Shown here: positions 45,813 to 57,241 of the stretch, piece by piece
Position numbering within the stretch: the first letter of the stretch is position 1
Layout: each line of letters begins with the position of its first letter
Origin: Azolla caroliniana
Lineage: Eukaryota; Plantae; Polypodiophyta
Assembly: GCA_043228905.1 (NCBI GenBank)
Contig: JBHGNT010000018.1
Span: 6,386,001 to 6,450,000 of the forward strand
Length of the DNA: 64,000 bases
Direction of reading: 5' to 3'
The notes under the pieces: model-generated
The model's input: only the letters and a program-made list of their open reading frames with translations
Database searches by the model: none
What the model was told of the DNA's origin: nothing
Position numbers and translations under genes: made by a program

Positions 45813-46561
45813 CCGTTATCTTCCATTCGAACCATTGCTTCCATGCGACTTAGCTCACATGCATTGCGATGTGAAATAGGGCGTTGGGGTACAAGTGATG
45901 AGAGTGGTCGGCTATGCACATTTTGCCCTAAACAAGTTCGCGAGTCTGAGTATCACACTTTGATACAATGCTCTGCCTTTGATCATATTCGACCATGCTT
46001 TCCACATCTCTTCGATCGAGCCCAATCTTTGCATGAATTCCTCTCACAACCACAATGTGCACTCTCGATTGCAACATTCATTGGTAAAGTTCTTGAACAT
46101 CGAGAGTCACTACTCACTTTCACACGTATCACGTGAAATGTAATATTTTTGGTCTCATAGGTCATATTTGACCTCTGAAGACGATATAATCTATCTATCT
46201 ATCTCTATCAACACTCTATATCTAAGTAATTGCCCTAAGTCATAGTTATACTTATATGACATTTGGGCTATTTACAAATATAGCCTCGATAGGCTCACCA
46301 TGAAACATATTTACACATATGTCCTTGGATCCGGTTTGCACCGGATCCATCCGGATTCACTCGATCCGGTTTCTGGTCTCATCCAGAACCCTTCCGGATA
46401 CGGTTCCTTCATTCGACTTGTCCGGTTCTCATCGGAGGGACTGAATTCCCAACACTACTCACTTTCACACATATCATGTGAAATGTAATATTTTTGGTCT
46501 CATAGGTCATATTTGACCTCCAAAGAGGATAATATAATCTCTCTCTTTTCTTTTTCTCGTA

Positions 46562-46635
46562 AGTACCTTACCTTAATGGTAAGTTGTTATCACTACAAGC
46601 ACTACATCATGGGTTCGAAACCCAATCTCCTCAAC
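46562..46635 (+). mobile_element. tRNA-derived SINE-like head
   Basis: A-box-like TACCTTAATGG (46569), B box GGTTCGAAACC (46612). No convincing cloverleaf. Confidence 0.55.
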
Positions 46636-46666
46636 CGCTCTATTATATACTTCATGTACTCTTAAT

Positions 46667-46748
46667 TCACTAGATGCCACCGTGGAATGTAGGGGTTGAA
46701 CCCATGACCACCTGGTCTCCATTGGGAAACCTTACCAATTGAGATACA

Positions 46749-46779
<31 letters not shown>

Positions 46780-46885
46780 GCTAATATAAAAGATTACCAA
46801 TTCACAAGATACCACTATGGAATGTAGGGGTTGAAACCATGACCACCTGGTCTTTCCATTGGGCAACCTTACCAACTGAGCTACA

Positions 46886-46931
<46 letters not shown>

Positions 46932-46947
46932 CTGATGTAAAAGATTA
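46667..46947 (-). repeat. Two tandem copies (about 135-150 bp) of a tRNA-derived SINE-like head next to (GA)n
   Basis: Minus strand GGATGTAGCTCAGTTGGTAAGG...GGTCATGG(G/T)TTCAACCCC in both copies. Confidence 0.65.
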
Positions 46948-47433
46948 GGTATGCGGAAGCGTTATGTGTAAACACAACCCGCTCAGCCAGAAAACGGAAA
47001 AATAGAGAGTTAGGTAAACATAGAGTAGGGGGGAGAGAGAGACACACCTTAAGCAAGCAACAACAAAATTCTATTACAATGTACATAGAATGTCCTCAAA
47101 GAGAACTTTTTATACAAGCCCTCTAATAGGGCTGACATGAAGTACTAAGAAGTACTTCAATGCTCTTGAAGGGGCATTTGACACTGACTCACCTATATTA
47201 GGCCTATTTACTAAAATAGACCTATGGGCTCATGACGTTCCGGATCGGCTTACTCAGTCGTTTTATCATTCGAATCCGACATTTGATTCGTCATCCGTCT
47301 TGTTCAGCCGATCCGGCTTCCAGTTCGGAACTTCGGCTTATCAGCCTAAGTGTACCTATCCGGCCGGATCATATCTGGCCCTTCTTGCGGCTTGTCCAAC
47401 TGATCGACCCATGTTGAGCTTGTCCGCTCAATA
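46936..47433 (-). mobile_element. Solo LTR, Copia family B
   Basis: TGTAAAAGA...TGCGGAAGCG start and ATGTTGAGCTTGT...CTCAATA end as in other family B LTRs. TSD GCTGA/GGTGA. Confidence 0.8.
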
Positions 47434-47575
47434 GGTGAAAACACACAATTATATTAATAAATGTGTGTAAAAAACACTACTTACAATGGGTGTTACAATG
47501 GAGTATGGGAACATATTGAATTGCCAATAGGCAGGACAAACACTCCCGGGGGCTCCACTATATATAAAGAGGTTA

Positions 47576-48230
47576 TATCCCGTGCGTTCGCGACACCTTT
47601 TATAAACCCCCTATACGTATGTTTTTTACTATTTTAGAAACCCTTCTATAAAAATATGGTTAATAAAAATACCCCTTAGTGCCAATATATATTTTGACAA
47701 CAAATCATTTTAAATGCCCTTACATAGAAGACACATGTATGTTTTATACATGTGTGTATGTATGTATTATATTGTATTGCACATGTTGTATATATTTTAT
47801 GTATGTATGTGTTATGTGTTATGTGTGTGTTCAAATGTATGTATTGTATTCCATGTTTATTTATGTATTTATTATATTGTATGTGTGGTATATCATGTGC
47901 ATTCGTGACACCTTTTATAAACCCCTTATACGTATGTTTTTTACTATTTTTAGATACCCTTCTATAAAAATACGGTTAATAAAAATACCCCTTAGTGCCA
48001 ATATATATTTTGACAACAACTCATTTTAAATGCCCTTACATAGAAGACACATGTATGTTTTATACATGTGTGTATGTATGTATTATATTGTATTGCATAT
48101 ATTGTATATATTTTATGTATGTATGTGTTATGTGTTATGTGTGTGTTCATATGTATGTATTGCATTGCATTGCATGTATTGTATTCCATGTTTATTTATG
48201 TATGTATTATATTGTATGTGTGGTATATCT
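47576..48230. repeat. 316-bp tandem duplication of the hAT left subterminal region
   Basis: ORF-track repeats offset by 316 (47679/47995, 47714/48030). Single copy in hAT copy 1. Confidence 0.88.
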
Positions 48231-49163
48231 TAGTTGTATAACATGTGTGTATGTATCTATGTGTTATGTGTGTATGTGTGTAGGGTCTCGTGTCTATTTG
48301 CACCTAAATCATAGATATTCTTTTACTAATAAAGACTCAAGAGTTCATTATTTGGTTTAATAGTTATTCTATATTTAAACTTTATGAAATTCATCAACAA
48401 TCATCATGAATACCCCATCATTACAAGAAGTTCCATCAAATGCTCAATAACTTCTCACATCAGTGTCCTTAATAGACTCTTTTTAAAACGCGAAATGTAT
48501 TGTTTGGAATTCACATTATTAATACAAATTTTGGGTTTTACTTGGTGGATTCTATTCTTTATAATCTTCTATCTGTTTCAATTTTATTTTTATATACTTG
48601 GTTAGTAGACTTATGACATTGGTTTCACCGCGTGCATTGTTGACTACCAAATTTATGGAGAAACATGAATTAGTTTAAATTGAGGCTGATTTTGGTCAAA
48701 CTTTACCTTAACATAACATGGTCGTAGAATTGTTGCTATGACTGTCCATGTTGTTATTATGGATCTTTGTCTTCTATTTTTAAAACTATTATGTTTCACT
48801 TCCATTGCTGCTTAGATTGTGTAGTGTGTTAATAATGGTTCCACTAGCGTTATCCGCATGTTTTTATACGCTTGTAGTTCCACTAGCGTTTTCGTTCGGA
48901 GTTTGATCCCGTGTGAATCACCTAAGGAATAGATTAGATCAATTTTAACAAGTATGAAAGCCTTAATAGGTTTGTTATTTCCACCAAATTATCCTAAAGT
49001 TCACTATCTTACATTGTCCACAATTATAGATATATGGTTTGATCCCATACGAACAAACTGAGGAATAAATTAGATCAACTTTAAATACAAGTATTAAATA
49101 CCTTAATAAGTTAGTTATTCCAATCACATTATCCTACATTGTCCACAATTATATACATGCGAG

Positions 49164-49430
49164 CATAGTATGAACCATACATACCATACGTGCATTCACA
49201 TTTGCGAATGGTTCAATCATTCGCGAAAGAAAAACACCCTCAAAGAATGATAAATACCGTACTTTTGGATTAACTATTTATTATGAGGTAGATAAGCCTA
49301 AAAATGAAAAAAAAAACATTAAAAAAATGGGGAAAAAAAAACACAAGAATGTTTGAATAACATTCGCATTTGTTTTCCAACGTAGGAAAACGAATGTTAT
49401 ACTAGACAAACATGAATTTTATGTACTATG
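49164..49430. mobile_element. hAT-type MITE (CATAGTA termini)
   Basis: CATAGTA...TACTATG, 8-bp TSD CATGCGAG/CATGAGAG, homologous to 60983-61718. Confidence 0.88.
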
Positions 49431-49897
49431 CATGAGAGTATGGGTCAAAGTATAAATTATAACTCATTTTATTAGTATGGTTACAAGTACACCTCATATT
49501 TTTGTAAAACTTAGTGTTTCCCATGTCGCACATTAGTGACATATTGAGCCATTGTTGAACTTTATTATGCCTACATTAACTTATCAACACGTCCAAACTT
49601 ATTTGAATTTCTAATGATCTCCACTCGTAGACCTATCATGTATTTTTGTATTCACAAATTCTAATCAAGTTGTGGAACATGTGATACTAGTGCATCCAAT
49701 TTTTGTAGACAGGCTATATTTGGATAGTTTCAAGAAGATTCTACAAGTGGAATGCACGATCCTTCCACTTGTGAACGCGAACGTGTTCACAACATTATTT
49801 AATGAGGAAGAGATTAATATATGACTGATTCAATATGTGAAGCTTATCAAGCATATATGTGCTACATGGCTCCTTCTCTCTTGCTCTCTTTACTTTC

Positions 49898-49929
<32 letters not shown>

Positions 49930-50058
49930 AAACCAAAGCAACTCACTTACTATTGATAACTCCAAAATGTAAACATACATACATCCATGTCATGAAGAAA
50001 AAACCCTTATAAATAAATTCCCAATAGCCACTTTTTCAAAGCAACTAGACTCAATAAA

Positions 50059-50115
<57 letters not shown>

Positions 50116-50118
<3 letters not shown>

Positions 50119-50250
50119 CATAAGCAAGTGCTAAAGATTGAAGGAAGAATCAGCGGATCCCTCAAGGCAACCTCCATCCTCAAAAGCAAGGTGTTTCTTA
50201 GCACTCCAAGAGCCGCCACCGCTTTTGCCAATGAAGGTGAAGACAACCAT
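50116..50250 (-). pseudogene. RPP3: 60S acidic ribosomal protein P3 (plant-specific) N-terminal fragment
   Basis: My translation: MVVFTFIGKSGGGSWSAKKHLAFEDGGCLEGSADSSFNL*HLLMK, versus plant P3 MGVFTFVCKSKGGEWTAKQHEGDLEASASSTYDLQRKLVQ (recalled). Ends in a (TC)n tract. Confidence 0.8.
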
Positions 50251-51735
50251 AGATACAAGTAAACCTTGTCTCTCTCTATCTCGTTCGTCTTTGAGAAAAA
50301 AGAAGAGAAGAAGTTAACAAAGATGAATATCTCTCTGCCCCCCCTTTCTTCTTTTTCCCCCACTTTTTGCTAACAACACATATCTATCTAATCTCCCCCC
50401 CACTTTCTCCCCCCATTTTTTCAAACAATTACTGTTTTAATAATAGTGTGTGTATGTTGTATATATGTATGTGTTGTGTGTATGTATGTAGGTACATATT
50501 GTATAATTTTATTGTATATACAATATTCTATTGTATATATTGTATGTGAGTGTATTATATATTATATTGTATGTATTGTGTGTATGGCATGTCAGTATGT
50601 AGGGTATGTGTTATGTGCTTATGTGTATGTTCTATGTATTGCATATGTATTGTATGTTCCATAGACTGACACATGCGTCATATTCGCCATATTCGCCATT
50701 CGTGATATTCTCAATATTCGAGAATAGAAAATGACCCCAAGAATATTAGAAAACCATTCGTTTTTAAAAATAAATTTACATAATAAAAATGAATTAGTTC
50801 ACTAAAAAAACAACAATCACTCATTAATAGAAATAAAAAAGACATTTAAAATCACACCAACATAAGAAAAGTTAACTGAAGCGTTTATGAACCATTAGAT
50901 TCTAAATTCTAAATTCTAAGTTCTAAATTCTAATTAACACTTTTAAATTTAAGGGCCTATGCAATATAGTCTATCATATTCATCATCCATATCTTCAAGC
51001 TCATCAATAATTTCCCCATGGACTTCATTGTTTCCATCAATAACTTGGTTTTGCATTCTCAAAAGCCTCTACGCACTATCATATTCATCATCCATATCTT
51101 CAAGCTCATCAATAATATCCTCATCGACTTCGTCGTTTTCATCAATAGCTTGGTTTTGCATTCTCAAAAGCCTCTCGTCATCATCTTCTTTGTTGATCAT
51201 ATCCAATGTTGCTTCAGTGAGGCATAATCATGTTTCCCTTATTCTTCTAATTAGATTATGATTTGTATGTATATAAACCAATTTCTAAACATGAGCATGA
51301 GTCAATCTATTTCTTTTTATTGTATGTATCGATGAGAATGTGCTCCAATTTCTTTCACAAGAAGATGCACATGAACCTTGAGAAAGCACACGAATTGCAA
51401 GTCTTTTTAAGTTTGGAGTACATGCTCCAAATGTTTCCCACCACTTAATTGCATTATGCATCATAGTTGGATCATTTGCCATAGGTATTTGAAATGTACC
51501 TTTTTCTTGAGTTCTATAAGCAAAGAATTCATTCAATAAAACACTACATAGATGTATATCACCATTGGTATAACGCGTAATAGTTTCCATCCAACTTGTA
51601 TTGACCTTATCATCAATATCGAGCTCCAAATTGGATGCAAAATAAAGCCGGTTGCATGCAATGGCGATTGTAACATTGTCCATCTTTGCATACATATTTC
51701 TTTAATTTCATCAAGCATTATACAATCTACATCTT

Positions 51736-54700
51736 TGTAAAAAGTAGCGTGCGGAAGCAAGTATGAAGGCCAAACAGGAGGAAGAAAACTCAGGTTCAAT
51801 GGAGAGCTTGAGCTTACACGGTATACGCGGGAGAGACAGAGAGAGTGAGAGAGAAGACACACAAAAATATAACAGAAGTACACAATCTCTATTCACTACT
51901 CTCTATACAAATGTGTGTTCAATGAACACTTTTATACAAGTCCTAGAAGGATTGACAGAAGTACTGACAGTACTTCAATGCTCATTAAGAGCTCCTACAC
52001 TAACTCCCAAATATATTCCTCACGGAATATCTTTCCTAACAGCCTCCCGGTTTCCGCACCGATCCGGCCCTACCTACGCACCGGTCTGCGTACCGGTTTA
52101 CGCACTCGGCCTAACCGATCGGTCCTCGGCTTCTTCAGCCGATCCGGCCGATGTTGAGCTTGTCTCTCAACACTCCCCCTCAAGCTCAACTTGAGGCTCT
52201 TCGGGATCTTCGAGGTCACAGCTCCGGTTCCTCCTGGCTTTACGCCTCGCTCGCGCTCCTCGACCTATCCGACTCCGCGCGCTTCGACCCTTTTGGTCGG
52301 CTTGTCTGCTCATGTGGCCCTTATCAGCTCTTCTGCTGTTGCGGTGTTGACGCTTCTCCTGCTGCCTTTTCTTCCGCTTGGGCCTCGGTTGATTCAGCGT
52401 ATCTGAATCAAACATCCGAACCGACTCGGCTACCTCCGATCGGTTTTCGCTCTCGTCCGAGTTGGCTGTCTCCAACTCGTCTTCGGTCTTCTCGCCCTCG
52501 GTGGCGTCATCTTCCCCATGTGTGGTTGGCTTCGGCTCTCTCCTTCGGCTGCTCCCCTTCTGTCCGCTTCCGGACTTTTCAGCGGGTCCGCCCTCGGCTT
52601 CTTCAGCCGATCCAAAGTCGAACTCGACAACCAACTTGGTGTTGCGGTCTCCGCTCCTTTCCTGCTGCCTTGCTTGGTCGTTCGGGACTGTTCTCCCCCT
52701 CAAGTTTGGCACGTCGAGGTGACGCAATCCGAGCGCACCGGAGAATTGTCGTAACTTGTCTAGAGCAAGAGGCTTAGTGAGGATGTCAGCAGTCTGCCAA
52801 TCCGTCGGCGCGTACTAAAGTTCGACTTCACCGGAAAGGACACGCTCACGGACGAAATGGTAGTGCACCTCAATGTGCTTGGTCCGTGCGTGGAAAACGG
52901 GGTTTTTCGCGAGCTGGATGCTGCTGAGGTTGTCGCAGTAGATCGTCGTCAGATCTAACACCTCCTCTTGCAGGTCCCTAGGTAGCCGCTTCAACCATAT
53001 GGCTTCGCATGTCGCGACAGCCGCTCCTCGGTACTCAGCTTCGGTGCTCGACAGTGCAACTATCGGCTGCTTCTTACTGCTCCACGCGATCGCGGCACTC
53101 CCGAGGGAAAACGCGTATCCGGACGTGGATCGGCGATCGGCGGCGTTGCCAGCCCAATCAGCATCGGTGTAGCCGACTAACTGCGCGGCTGCACCGGTCT
53201 GATATAGCAGTCCCCAGTCCTTAGTGCCGTTGACATACCGAAGTATGCGTTGCGCACACTGAAGGTGCTCCTCGGTAGGTCGCGCCATGAACTGACTGAT
53301 CACTCCGACCGGATAACTAAGGTCGGGTCGGGTGATGGTCAAGTATATGAGGCTTCCGACAATCTGTCGGAACCTCGTCGGGTCGCATACCTTTCCCGTA
53401 TCGGGATGAAGCTTGACGGTTCTGTCCAGAGGAGCGAGACGGACTTACAGTCGGCCATCCTGAATTTGAAGAGCATACTGAACACGTAATGATATTGGTT
53501 GATCAATATGCCTTCGGGGGTACGGATCACTTCGATCCCGAGGAAGTAATGAAGGTCCCCCAGATCCTTCATGTCGAACGATGCCGCAAGCTGGAGCTTC
53601 ACGCAGTCGATTTCATCTAGGTCGGCGCCGGTGATTACCAAGTCATCGACATATAGTAGAATCCATTTGATGTAGGTGCCACCCCTTGGCCGCGGCTACT
53701 GCGAGCAAAACACGGATGGTCGTCATTTTCGCGACCGGCGCAAACGTCTCATCGTAGTCGATGCCGTGTTTCTGCGCGTAGCCTTTTGCCACTAGCCGAG
53801 CCTTGTACCGGTTGACCGAGCCATCGGTGTTGTACTTGACTTTGTACACCCATCTACACCCGATCGGCTTCACACCCTTCGGTGCGTCAACCAGGTCCCA
53901 GGTCTCGTTCTCCGCCAATGCGTGCATCTCGTCCTCCATCGCGGCGCGCCAATTCGCGTCTTTAGCCGCTTCTGCGTAGCTCTCCGGCTCACGCACTTCC
54001 GTTACACGGGTCATGTACGCATAATGATGCGCCATGTACTCTTTATATCCGAACTGCAAGACAGGGTTCTTCTGGCGGGTAGATCGGCGTAATTTCACAT
54101 TAGCTGATGTCGAGGCCTTCTCGGTTGACGCAGTCTTCACCTTTAAAGACCTGTCACCGGTTCCCTCGGAGTCGGACTCGCGTCGGTCTGACTCGTTCTT
54201 ATCCGTGCCGGAATCCGACACCTTCTTCTTCGCTTTCTCTTTGTGCGTAAGCCGTCTCCTCGACTTCCTGCGCGGGGAATGCACGGTCGAGTCTCCACTA
54301 CTCGCCGGCTCTTCATCGGACTGGTCGTACCGACTCAGTCGTCCAATCGGTCCACTTAAACGGAGTGAAATCAGACTCTCTTTGGGGGTCTCGATTTCAG
54401 GCTCATCCGGAGGCATCTCGCTCTCGCTGACCTCATCGTCAGAACTCGGATTGAAGTCGGGGTTCGAAGTCGGGGGCTGGTACCAGGACGCGGACTCATC
54501 AACCACAACGTCGCGGCTAATATGCGCTTGTTTGGTGCGAGGGTTATAGCACTTATAACCCTTCTGCTTGTCCGAGTAACCGACCAAGATGCATTTCTCG
54601 GCCTTTGCGTCCAGCTTCCTCCTTTTCTCCTTCGGTACATGCACATACGAAATGCTACCGAACACCCTCAAGTGTCGCAAGTTCGGCTTCGTTCCGAAGT

Positions 54701-57241
54701 ACAGATCGTGCGCCGACACTTTGTCTCCGATCCGGTTCTGGATGTATACCACGGTCCTTACCGCCTCGGCCCAGTAGAACTTGGGCAGGCTCTTCTCCTC
54801 CAACATTGCCCGTGCCGCTTCCACAACTGACCGATTCTTCCTCTCGGCCATGCCGTTCTGCTCTGGCGTGTATCTACAACTAAATTCACGCTGAATTCCC
54901 ATTTGTTGTAGATAACCGTTGAATTGACCAGAAAAGTACTCTTTCCCACCATCCGACCGCAGGCACTTGATCTTTCGTCCCATTTCCGTTTTCATGAACC
55001 CTTTGAGGTCCCGGAAACAGTCGAAGACTTCGCTCTTCCTCTCAATGAGGTAGATCCACGTGTGCCGCGTGTGGTCGTCGATGAAGGAGACGAAATATCG
55101 GCTCCCGCCAAGACTAACGTTTTGTGTCGCCCCCCATACATCGGAGTGTATAAGGTCGAGCTTGTTCCAACTCCGGTTTCGCTCATTGGGGAAAGGAAGT
55201 CGGTGTTGCTTCCCGAGCTGGCAGGCTTCACAAATTTGTGCCTTTCGGCCACTAAATTTGGGCAATCCGAACACTACCTGTTTCGATTGTAGATCTTGAA
55301 GTCGCTGGTAGTTGACGTGGCCTATCCGCTTGTTTCACAAGTCGATGTCCGACTCGGATTTTTGTCCCTTCGCAAACATTGCGGTGCCGCCGTCAGTGGA
55401 GTCGAGGATGAACATCCTCCCGTCTCTGCGCCCTTGCGCAATCACACGGCCTTCTTCCTCAATGAAGCACCTGAGGTGTGTAAACCGAACCTCCATCCCT
55501 TGGTCGACGATCTGTCCGACCGAGACCAAGTTTTTCGTGATTGTCGGAACGTGCAACATGTTCATGAGTTTCCCTTTCTGCCTGACATGGCTAAGGGGAA
55601 CATCTCCGACATTCGCGATCGGATGCGGAGTGTCGTTTCCAGTTGCGACTACTCCAGGTTGTATCGGTTTTTCAAGGTACGAGAACCACTCCTTATGGCT
55701 CGTCATGTGGTTTGACACGCCGGAGTCTACGTACCACACCTCGTCCGATCTCGGGGTGGTCTGTTTCATTGAGTTTGCTTCGTGTCTCGTCACGAAGACA
55801 GACCCTTCTCCGGCTCTCCCGGAGTCTTTGGCGTAGTGCGATCGTTGCCGATTTCCCTTGTGGGTATGTCCGGAGCCGTTTCCGGAACCGGTTCTCTCCG
55901 AATTGGCGCGCTTCTTCCAGCAGTCACTTTCTTGCCACAGTACCAGCACTCCGCGATGGCCTTCCCTTGCCAGTTCTCATCGCTTCGACTCCCCCTGTTT
56001 CCGGAGGGTCCGAAGTTGCTGTCGGCATCACTTCGGTGCCTTCTTCCTTGATCTCGTCGGCCACCTTCATTGCACCCTGACTCGCCTCGTCCTCCACGTC
56101 CACGGGGCCTATCTCCCTCCGTGTACAACATTCTGTTGTCGGTGTGCGTACTTGTAGACGCACCCGCGTGGTTCTCTACCAGGAGCATCGACTGTAAGTT
56201 GAAAAAGGACGGTGTATTCTCCCGGGTACACACAGCCGTTCGGAATGCTCCGAACTTCGACGCCAAACCTCTGAGATAGATCTGGACCATCTCGCTCTCC
56301 TCGATGTTCACCTCTATGGAGGCGAGGGAGTCGCAGATATCCTTGATCTTCGAGGTATAGTCCGCCACCGACAAGTCGCGTTGTCATAGGTTGCTCAACT
56401 CCTGTCGGAGCTGAAGCTTCCTGGCTGTGGTGCTCGTGGTGAAAATCTTCTTCAGATTTTCCCACGCACCCTTCGGCGTCTTTGCATCCCGAACATAGCT
56501 CAATAGTTGTTCGCCCACACACGACGCGAAGCAGTACAATACCCTGCTCACCAATTGCTCCTACGACGGGAAGTCTCTGTGTGTCGATTCGGGTGCTGCG
56601 TCATTAGCTCCTTCGACATAACTCTAGTAGTCGTGCCCGAGAAGGTACTGGTGCATCTTGTAGGACCAAGACGCGTAGTTGGTTCTGTCGAGCTTCTCTG
56701 TTGGAAGCGAGCTCGCCATGCCTCTGTCCATCGTTCTTCTCGTTCTTCTTCGTCAAGCTGTGTCGGTTGCAGAGAGGTTCTCAACCCTCGCGCTCTGATA
56801 CCATGTAAAAAGTAGCGTGCGGAAGCAAGTATGAAGGCCAAACAGGAGGAAGAAAACTCAGGTTCAATGGAGAGTTTTAGCTTACACAGTATATGCGGGA
56901 GAGACAGAGAGAGTGAGAGAGAAGACACACAAAAATATAACAGAAGTACACAATCTCTATTCACTACTCTCTATACAAATGTGTGTTCAATGAACACTTT
57001 TATACAAGTCCTAGAAGGACTGACAGAAGTACTGACAGTACTTCAATGCTCATTAAGAGCTCCTACACTAACTCCCAAATATATTCATCACGAAATATCT
57101 TTCCTAACGGCCTCCCGGTTTCCGCACCGATCCGGCCCTACCTACGCACCGGTCTGCGTACCGGTTTTACGCACTCGGCCTAACCGATCGGTCCTCGGCT
57201 TCTTCAGCCGATCCGGCCGATGTTGAGCTTGTCTCTCAACA
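51736..57241 (-). mobile_element. Near full-length Ty1/Copia family B element
   Basis: LTRs 51736-52172 and 56804-57241 (about 9 differences by eye), TSD ATCTT, PBS TGGTATCAGAGC, PPT TTGAGGGGGAG. Confidence 0.96.
52170..56730 (-). pseudogene. Copia family B gag-pol with frameshifts, RT deletion and a charged C-terminal extension
   Basis: CWYCGK, WYVDSGVSNHM, LIHSDVWG...SDGGKEY...NGMAERKNR, YTDADWAG, HARTKHIEVHYHF. RT deleted between HQMD and YVDD near 53660. Confidence 0.94.

Larger units (their letters stand above)
41335..46136 (+). pseudogene. LINE ORF2 (AP endonuclease, RT, zinc-binding C-terminus), disrupted
   Basis: WNCNG, LLVETW, GGVA, GDMNTR, SVIDY, SDH. NYRTI, QAGFRK, FVDFKKAFD, GVKQECPLSP, LLYADD. 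RLSSHALRCEIGRW...CTFC...ESEYHTLIQC. Frame rejoins across both solo LTRs (HTKL|SVNS, EPIP|LSSIR). Confidence 0.93.
40165..46204 (+). mobile_element. Near full-length APE-type LINE (RTE-X-like), interrupted by two solo LTRs
   Basis: Preceded by (CT)n. Has 5' UTR, ORF1, ORF2 (endonuclease, RT, C-terminal Cys/His) and a 3' tail ATAAT(CTAT)n. Confidence 0.9.
29859..46454 (-). mobile_element. Ty1/Copia family A element with both LTRs interrupted
   Basis: 3' LTR 29859-35869 split by a Copia, 5' LTR 39862-46454 split by a LINE. PBS TGGTATCAGAGC (39847-39858), PPT near 35871-35882, 5-bp TSD CTACT. Confidence 0.93.
29755..46545 (+). mobile_element. 5'-truncated copy of the RTE-X-like LINE 3' end (29755-29858 and 46460-46545), split by a Copia
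   Basis: Both parts align with 46015-46190 and rejoin across the TSD CTACT. Confidence 0.85.

Noticed and set aside
48380-48470. Possible C/D box snoRNA (TGATGA and CTGA on minus strand)
   Set aside because: Boxes are in the wrong order and there is no terminal stem or recognisable guide.
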